NCBI RefSeq assembly: GCF_035285525.1
Contig: NZ_JAYKGW010000247.1
Span: 1 to 23,028 of the forward strand
From: Okeania sp.
GTDB lineage: Bacteria > Cyanobacteriota > Cyanobacteriia > Cyanobacteriales > Microcoleaceae
Reading direction: 5' to 3'
Length of the DNA: 23,028 nt
This document shows, in pieces, positions 18,039-23,028 of this stretch. How positions within the stretch are numbered: position 1 is the first letter of the stretch; every line of letters starts with the position of its first letter. Made by a program: the position numbers and the translations under genes. The notes under the pieces are model-generated. The model did no database searches, was not told the DNA's origin, and saw only the letters and a list, made by a program, of their open reading frames with translations.

Positions 18039-18107
18039 TTAATTATTAATTATTAATTATTAATTATTTATTATCCATTATCCATTATCCATTATCCATT
18101 ATCCATT
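18039..18107. repeat. two abutting heptamer arrays (TTAATTA x4, then ATCCATT x5)
   Basis: 18039..18066 holds ttaatta x4. 18073..18107 holds atccatt x5 and ends 18 nt before the lptB ATG. Confidence 0.9.
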
Positions 18108-18125
18108 ATTAATGTTCCCTTCTCT

Positions 18126-18854
18126 ATGAAAATTATTCTGGAAAATATTCATAAATATTATAAAAAGCGTGCTGTAGTAAGTCGAGTTAATATATGTATT
18201 GAACAAGGAGAAATTGTTGGTTTACTCGGTCCGAATGGAGCAGGTAAAACCACCACATTTTATATCGCTACAGGTTTAGAAAAACCTTCCCTTGGCAGTG
18301 TATTTTTAAATGAATTAAATATAACAACTTTACCAATACATAAAAGAGCAAAACTTGGTATTGGTTATTTAGCCCAAGAACCTAGTATTTTCCGTAATCT
18401 AAGTGTAAAAGACAATATTCTCCTAGTTTTAGAACAAACAAAAGTACCTCGCCGTGAGTGGAAAAGACGCTTAGAATTTTTATTACATGAATTTCGTTTA
18501 GAAAAAGTAGCTTCTACTTTAGGTTCTCAAGTTTCAGGGGGAGAACGTAGACGAACAGAACTAGCTAGAGCTTTAGCATCTAACCGAGATGGACTAAAAT
18601 TTTTATTCTTAGATGAACCATTTGCAGGAGTAGATCCAATAGCTGTGGCTGAGATTCAGAATATAGTAGCTAAATTAGCAGAACAAGAAATGGGTATTCT
18701 AATTACAGATCATAATGTGAGAGAAACTTTAGCAATTACAGATAGAGCTTATATTATGCGAGATGGGCAAATTTTAGCATCTGGAACCGCAGAAGAACTT
18801 TACAATAATCCCTTAGTACGTCAATATTATTTAGGTGATAAGTTTCAGTTTTGA
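18126..18854 (+). CDS. lptB: LPS export ABC transporter ATP-binding protein
   Basis: Walker A is GPNGAGKTT. The ABC signature is VSGGERRR and Walker B is FLFLDEPFAGVDP. The LptB-type C-terminus is NPLVRQYYLG. The product is 242 aa. Confidence 0.9.
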   Translation: MKIILENIHKYYKKRAVVSRVNICIEQGEIVGLLGPNGAGKTTTFYIATGLEKPSLGSVFLNELNITTLPIHKRAKLGIGYLAQEPSIFRNLSVKDNILLVLEQTKVPRREWKRRLEFLLHEFRLEKVASTLGSQVSGGERRRTELARALASNRDGLKFLFLDEPFAGVDPIAVAEIQNIVAKLAEQEMGILITDHNVRETLAITDRAYIMRDGQILASGTAEELYNNPLVRQYYLGDKFQF

Positions 18855-19213
18855 GGTATTACTATCTAATCAAAGTAGTTCTCAAGCTTTTAGCATTATT
18901 TATTAGGGTTTGCTGATTAATTATGAAACCTTTTAGAAGCAGAGATTTTAGCCTGTTCAGGTACTAATAAAGCACCAACTTTTAGGCAGCAATGGTACGG
19001 TTCCCGAAAAATCAAAAATGAACGTATTTTGGCCAAAATAGGGGAAGAAAATCAAGAGACGATTCTGATGACTACCTCTTCTATAATTCTCATTCCTCCT
19101 GGATTCACCGATTCACCGATTCTGGCTTCTACCCCTACCAAAAAACTTTCCATACGCAAGCCCTAATTAGAGATTAAAGATAAAAGCTTTTACAGATAAA
19201 GGGAGAATATAAA

Positions 19214-20155
19214 ATGAAAATTGGTTACATTAAACCCAGTTTCCCTAACGAAAAAAGAGTCGGTTTATTACCGCAACATTTATCCTGCTGTAGTCCAGAA
19301 GATGAACGTAGATTTGAAAAAGGCTATGGGGAAAGTTTAGATATTCCTGACACAGCTTATGGAGAAGGTGCTGGTTATTCTCGCGAAAGTCTATTTGCTT
19401 GGGCAGATGTAATTTACTGCATTAAAGTTCCCCAACCCCAAGATTATCAATACTTTAGAGAGAATCAAGCCCTTGTGGGTTGGATTCATCCCTTTGGTGC
19501 ATCAGGAAGACACTTTCGGGAATACTGTGCTGAAACGAAAAATCTGCGACTATTTGATATTACCAATGAAATGTCTATTCGTATTACTCAGGGAAAAACA
19601 GAAATTTTGAATATTCCCAGAGATTGTTTAAAAGAAAATAACATATTTGCAGGTTACGCCTCAATGATGCAAGCTATTATGTTGCGAGGTGGGATTACTC
19701 AGAATGATCGAGTAGCAGTATTTGGCTCAGGAAATGTGGCTTATGGGGTTTTGAAATATTTGGTGAGTAAAGGAATTGAACCTATATTGCGTCGTCGGAG
19801 TAATGTCAATATAATGCGACAAGAATTTAAAGATTATGATATTTTTATCAATACAGTGGAAATTGCTCAAGGAGATGCACCGATTGTTACTTTGGAAATG
19901 CTCGATTCCATGAAATCTACAGGTTGGATTATTGATGCAGCAGCAGATACTGGCAGAGCAATCGAAGGTACTCGTGCAACTAAAATAGGAGATCCTATCT
20001 ATCAAGACGATCAAAGTCATACTTTTTATGTGGTTGACAATTCTCCTTCTCTGCTGTATAGGGAAAGCAGTGCAGGAATTAGCGAAGGTTATGCCAAACA
20101 TTTTTGGAGCAGACCTATGAGTTATTGGTACAGTGATTCCTGTATTGCTGCTTAA
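19214..20155 (+). CDS. AlaDH/PNT-family NAD(P)-dependent dehydrogenase, N5-(carboxyethyl)ornithine synthase-like
   Basis: MKIGYIKPSFPNEKRVGLLPQH is the AlaDH/PNT N-domain start. The Rossmann motif is VAVFGSGNVAYG. At 313 aa it is shorter than true alanine dehydrogenases (about 370 aa) and fits the CEOS subgroup as I remember it. AGGGAG lies 8-9 nt upstream of the ATG. Confidence 0.7.
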   Translation: MKIGYIKPSFPNEKRVGLLPQHLSCCSPEDERRFEKGYGESLDIPDTAYGEGAGYSRESLFAWADVIYCIKVPQPQDYQYFRENQALVGWIHPFGASGRHFREYCAETKNLRLFDITNEMSIRITQGKTEILNIPRDCLKENNIFAGYASMMQAIMLRGGITQNDRVAVFGSGNVAYGVLKYLVSKGIEPILRRRSNVNIMRQEFKDYDIFINTVEIAQGDAPIVTLEMLDSMKSTGWIIDAAADTGRAIEGTRATKIGDPIYQDDQSHTFYVVDNSPSLLYRESSAGISEGYAKHFWSRPMSYWYSDSCIAA

Positions 20156-20160
20156 CTAAA

Positions 20161-20292
20161 AATGCTGGTTTTACTAGAATAATTACAGAAATGGGAACAG
20201 ACGCAGGAGCAAAGTTTTTATCTAAAAAACATGGTTATATTCATACTCCAACTGTAGAAAAGTTTAATAGATGGACTAAAGAATTAAATTAA
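20161..20292 (+). pseudogene. orphan C-terminal gene fragment (GNAT- or methyltransferase-like tail)
   Basis: The frame is open only from 20137 and reads NAGFTRIITEMGTDAGAKFLSKKHGYIHTP...*. It has no N-terminal part and abuts the stop codon of the preceding gene. Confidence 0.35.
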
Positions 20293-20322
20293 TTTGAATA
20301 AAAAACTGAAGGATAGTTATCA

Positions 20323-20996
20323 ATGGAAACTACTAACAATTATGACTTATATTCTAAATATTATGATGAAGTCTCGCACAAAAGATATGACTATCCAGCA
20401 ATTGCAAGGACTATAGCTACTTTCATTGGCCAAAGAAAGACAGTGTTAGAGATAGGAGTTGCTACAGGTTCTGTCGTTCAAGAACTTCTTCATATCAATC
20501 CACAACAATATGAGATTTGGGGAATAGATAATAACGCACTTTTAATAGAGCAAGAAAAAGCTAAACTTGGATCGGAAGATCGAGTTCATTTTTATGTACA
20601 AGATATTCTAGATTTTAATTTGGAGTAAGACTTTGAATTTATATATTCAAGAGGTGGAGCTTTCTTGTTTATGATCCGAAAGAAAATATTTTTGCTAGCC
20701 ATCTTTTAAGTAGAGAGGATAATCTGAGAGCTTTAAAACGTATTGCAAAACACCTCCAAGAATCAGGCTTATTTGTCTTGAGTCTTGTTAATTTTAAAGT
20801 ATATATAAACACTGAACTTGAGAATGGAGTTATTTATTATCCAAAAGCCGAACGGAAAACAGTAAATGGACAAGAATATTTAGATATTAATATATCCTTT
20901 GATAAAAATGGTGAAATAGTCGATATGCAAAATCTCAAACTTTTTTTGATGGATTATGATTCTAGTTAAGAAATGTTTGCTGAAGCAGGATTTTAA
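20323..20996 (+). pseudogene. class I SAM-dependent methyltransferase (MT1), decayed
   Basis: The SAM motif I is VLEIGVATGSV. The sequence is colinear with the intact paralogue at 21296..22021 and carries three lesions. One is an in-frame TAA at 20626..20628. The second is a frameshift near 20668..20670 (GGAFLF / YDPKENIFASHLLS). The third is an in-frame TAA at 20967..20969, where the second copy has CAA at 22199..22201. ORFs 20323..20628 and 20778..20969 are pieces of this one gene. Confidence 0.75.
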
Positions 20997-21090
20997 TTTC
21001 TTAATATCTCTCCTGACGGTGGATATTATATGTATACAAAAAAATAAAATTAAAGCCAATGTTTAGATGATTAATAATCAAATGCTTTCT

Positions 21091-21293
21091 CAAGATAGAC
21101 CATCTATTCCACCGTATAATTATCAACCTACTCCCTATCTTGGTATTTCAAAACAACAAGTAATTCAATTAAGAAAACAACATATAAATCCAGTTGTTTC
21201 TACCTACTATCAACAACCAATTATGATTGTAGAAGGTTTGAGGCAATATATTTTTGATGAAACAGGTAAACGTTATTTAGAGGATTTTGCAGG
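21091..21293 (+). pseudogene. class-III aminotransferase N-terminal fragment (about codons 8-76)
   Basis: Positions 21091..21225 differ at only 4 of 135 nt from 22894..23028. The encoded PPYNYQPTPYLGISKQQVIQLRKQHINPVVSTYYQQPIMIVEG..YIFDETGKRYL..F.G is an AGXT2-type N-terminus. Homology stops where the MT2 coding sequence begins. The apparent ATG of ORF 21067..21324 lies in intergenic-derived sequence. Confidence 0.7.
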
Positions 21294-21295
21294 AA

Positions 21296-22021
21296 ATGAA
21301 CGATCAATATCAAGGACTGGCTAAATTTTACGATCAGTTGGTCCAAAAATCTAGAAACTATGATGAAATGACTACTGAACTTGCTAGAATTATAGGGGAA
21401 GCTAGAGATTTATTGGAGATCGGAATAGGCACTGGTTTAGTAGCAGAAAATTTACTGCAAATTAAACCTGCTTACAAAATAACTGGAATTGACATCAGCG
21501 AACCTTTATTGGAAGAAGCTCAAAAGAGACTAGGACAAAAAGTTGATTTATATTCTCAAAGTGTTTCTGAATTAAATATTGGTAAAAAATTCGATGTTGC
21601 TTATTCTCGTGGGGGTGCTTGGACGTTTGTTAATTATGGATCGGAAACAATACTCGCTAGTCATATTTTCAGTTCTACAGATATACAGAAAAGCTTTGAT
21701 GGTGTTGCTCAACATCTTCAAGCAGGAGGTCGACTAATAATTGGTTTTTCTAATTTCTATACAAATACTTATACAAATAAAGTAATAGAATTGGATGATT
21801 GTATTGTTCATAAAAAGATTTCTACTACTGAATTAAGTGAACATGAACGTTACGCTATTTTTGATTATCACTTTTATCAAAATGACGAGTTAGTAACACA
21901 ACAAACACTAAAATTTAGATTACTCAGTCATCAAACCTGTACGATGATGCTAGAAAAAGCAGGGTTTGTAGAAAAAGATATCAACCCAGGAAAATATTAT
22001 ACCTACTTAAAAGCTACTTAA
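21296..22021 (+). CDS. class I SAM-dependent methyltransferase (MT2, intact)
   Basis: The SAM motif I is LLEIGIGTGLV, followed by post-I ITGIDIS and the C-terminal LEKAGF motif. The ORF-track start at 21287 is a TTG. The ATG at 21296 (MNDQYQGLAKFYDQ) aligns with the MT1 start METTNNYDLYSKYYDE. Confidence 0.8.
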   Translation: MNDQYQGLAKFYDQLVQKSRNYDEMTTELARIIGEARDLLEIGIGTGLVAENLLQIKPAYKITGIDISEPLLEEAQKRLGQKVDLYSQSVSELNIGKKFDVAYSRGGAWTFVNYGSETILASHIFSSTDIQKSFDGVAQHLQAGGRLIIGFSNFYTNTYTNKVIELDDCIVHKKISTTELSEHERYAIFDYHFYQNDELVTQQTLKFRLLSHQTCTMMLEKAGFVEKDINPGKYYTYLKAT

Positions 22022-22045
22022 AAATTTCAGCACAATATTTTCAGA

Positions 22046-22064
22046 ATGACTAACAAAATACTTA
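22046..22064 (+). pseudogene. stub of the aminotransferase start (first 6-7 codons)
   Basis: atgactaacaaaatactta, together with the 24-nt spacer before it, is identical to 22873..22891. Homology breaks at 22065. Confidence 0.6.
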
Positions 22065-22080
22065 TCTTAGTGCGTCCCTT

Positions 22081-22228
22081 TAATAGAACAAGCAAAAGCT
22101 AAACTTGGATCGGAAAATCGAGTTCATCTTTTGAGAAAAATGGTGAAATAGTCGATCGGCAAAATCTCAAACTTTTTCTGATGGATTATGATTCTAGTCA
22201 AGAAATGTTTGCTGAAGCAGGATTTTAA
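22081..22228 (+). pseudogene. internally deleted remnant of methyltransferase MT1
   Basis: 22081..22132 matches 20543..20593, and 22133..22228 matches 20901..20996. About 307 nt of MT1 are missing in between. The downstream intergenic sequence (22229..about 22318) matches 20997..about 21085. Confidence 0.7.
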
Positions 22229-22330
22229 TTTCTTAATACATCTCCTGATGGATAATATTATATGTATACAAAAAAATCAAGTTAAAACCAATATTTCGAT
22301 AGTCCTGATTAATTCAAAAGGTAAATTAAA

Positions 22331-22780
22331 ATGGTAAAGATACCTAGTATAGAAATTTTACAACTTAATTCAAAAACTGTACCCGAGGGAATTTCTTACT
22401 ACACTAGCCTTAATTGTAGCGAAACTATGGTGGCTACATATCCACCAAAAACTAGGGAAAATTTATATGTTCATCGCAATCAAACAGATTATATTCAAGT
22501 AGTTCGTGGTAAGTTTATTTGGATAATTTTGTCCAAAGGCAAATATCAATATATTCCTTTGAGCGAAAAAGATTCCTTTGTTGTTAAAGTACCACCGAAA
22601 ATTCCTCATGGTGCTATCAATCCCTATGACGAAACTTGTGTTATGGTAAATGCGATTGTCCGACACAAGCCTTTGACACCGAAGGAGTACCGACCGATTA
22701 TCCCTCCGTCTCCCTACGACATCGAAAAAGCATTGTCTAGTGAGATACCAATAGAAAAAATATGTTCATTAAACCTGTAG
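22331..22780 (+). CDS. cupin-fold protein (RmlC-like), chimeric 3' end
   Basis: The cupin core is ENLYVHRNQTDYIQVVRGKFIWIIL....VVKVPPKIPHGAINP. The last 5 or so codons and the TAG lie inside sequence homologous to the MT2 3' end (from about 22766). The native C-terminus has therefore probably been replaced. Confidence 0.65.
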   Translation: MVKIPSIEILQLNSKTVPEGISYYTSLNCSETMVATYPPKTRENLYVHRNQTDYIQVVRGKFIWIILSKGKYQYIPLSEKDSFVVKVPPKIPHGAINPYDETCVMVNAIVRHKPLTPKEYRPIIPPSPYDIEKALSSEIPIEKICSLNL

Positions 22781-22846
22781 GATGATGCTAGAAAAAGCAC
22801 GGTTTATAGAAAAAGATATCAACCCAGGGAAATATTATATCTACTT
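22766..22846 (+). pseudogene. 3'-terminal remnant of methyltransferase MT2
   Basis: 22766..22891 aligns with 21928..22064, with 6 mismatches and an 11-nt deletion (aaaagctactt, between two ctactt repeats) that removes the MT2 stop region. Confidence 0.7.
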
Positions 22847-22872
22847 AAAAATTTCAGCACAATATTTTCAGA

Positions 22873-23028
22873 ATGACTAACAAAATACTTAGACAAGATA
22901 GACCATCTATTCCACCCTATAATTATCAACCTACTCCATATATTGGTATTTCAAAACAACAAGTAATTGAATTAAGAAAACAACATATAAATCCAGTTGT
23001 TTCTACCTACTATCAACAACCAATTATG
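22873..23028 (+). CDS. class-III (AGXT2-like) PLP aminotransferase, 5' partial, runs off window
   Basis: The ATG at 22873 is in frame to the window end: MTNKILRQDRPSIPPYNYQPTPYIGISKQQVIELRKQHINPVVSTYYQQPIM.... This matches the N-terminal region of AGXT2-type aminotransferases (PP..F.P..Y......V...RK.HL.P.V..Y...P). It is absent from the ORF track because it is truncated at 52 codons. Confidence 0.7.
   Translation, partial: MTNKILRQDRPSIPPYNYQPTPYIGISKQQVIELRKQHINPVVSTYYQQPIM

Noticed and set aside
18927-19166. 80-codon stop-free frame after lptB (and an overlapping minus-strand frame with one TGA) as a gene
   Set aside because: It has no usable start codon before codon 48. My rough estimate is that several stop-free stretches of this length arise by chance in 23 kb at this composition. 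I kept it only as a note in the lpt finding.
19727-20101. 124-aa antisense ORF inside the CEOS-like gene
   Set aside because: It is antisense to an ORF that has a Rossmann motif and a good RBS. Its Cys/Ile-rich translation has no motif.
20778-20969. 63-aa ORF taken as a separate gene
   Set aside because: It is colinear with the C-terminal half of the MT2 paralogue, so it is the frameshifted 3' part of the MT1 pseudogene.
21067-21324. 85-aa ORF taken as an intact small gene
   Set aside because: Codons 9-76 are a near-identical copy of the N-terminus of the aminotransferase gene at 22873. Its ATG lies in spacer-derived sequence, and its tail reads out of frame into MT2. It is a gene fragment, not a gene.
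22463-22666. 67-aa antisense ORF inside the cupin gene
   Set aside because: It is an antisense shadow ORF.
20161-23028. Reading the GNAT-like tail + cupin + class-III aminotransferase as an ectABC (ectoine) cluster
   Set aside because: The cupin lacks the EctC-like sequence pattern. The aminotransferase N-terminus resembles AGXT2-type enzymes rather than EctB-type. The GNAT part is only a 44-codon tail, and the gene order differs.

Overview
AT-rich cyanobacterial chromosomal segment. The taxon call rests on the adjacent ado-aar alkane gene pair, five HIP1 palindromes (GCGATCGC) and STRR-type heptamer arrays. These point to a filamentous, probably heterocystous lineage; the species cannot be determined from this window. 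Core genes I can support are tspO, hslO, a large membrane-anchored repeat protein, ado, aar, proA, an MscS-type channel, an LptA/OstA-like protein and lptB. Coding density is low for a bacterium. By hand tally, about 57% of the window is intact CDS and about 64% when gene remnants are included. The gaps hold at least four families of small dispersed MITE-like repeats, about 2.5 kb in total. One family shows a clear nested insertion and another shows a 5-bp target-site duplication. A 1.64-kb gene-free region contains a tandemly duplicated unit that carries two perfect palindromes. The most interesting part is the accessory region 19.2-23.0 kb. It encodes an AlaDH/PNT-family dehydrogenase resembling N5-(carboxyethyl)ornithine synthase, two paralogous SAM methyltransferases (one decayed), a cupin and an AGXT2-like class-III aminotransferase that runs off the window. 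These genes sit in a mosaic of 95-97% identical duplicated fragments, which looks like a recent tandem duplication followed by complementary decay. I found no tRNA or rRNA genes, CRISPR arrays, transposases or recognisable defence genes. All homology calls come from motif recognition by eye and need HMM or BLAST confirmation.
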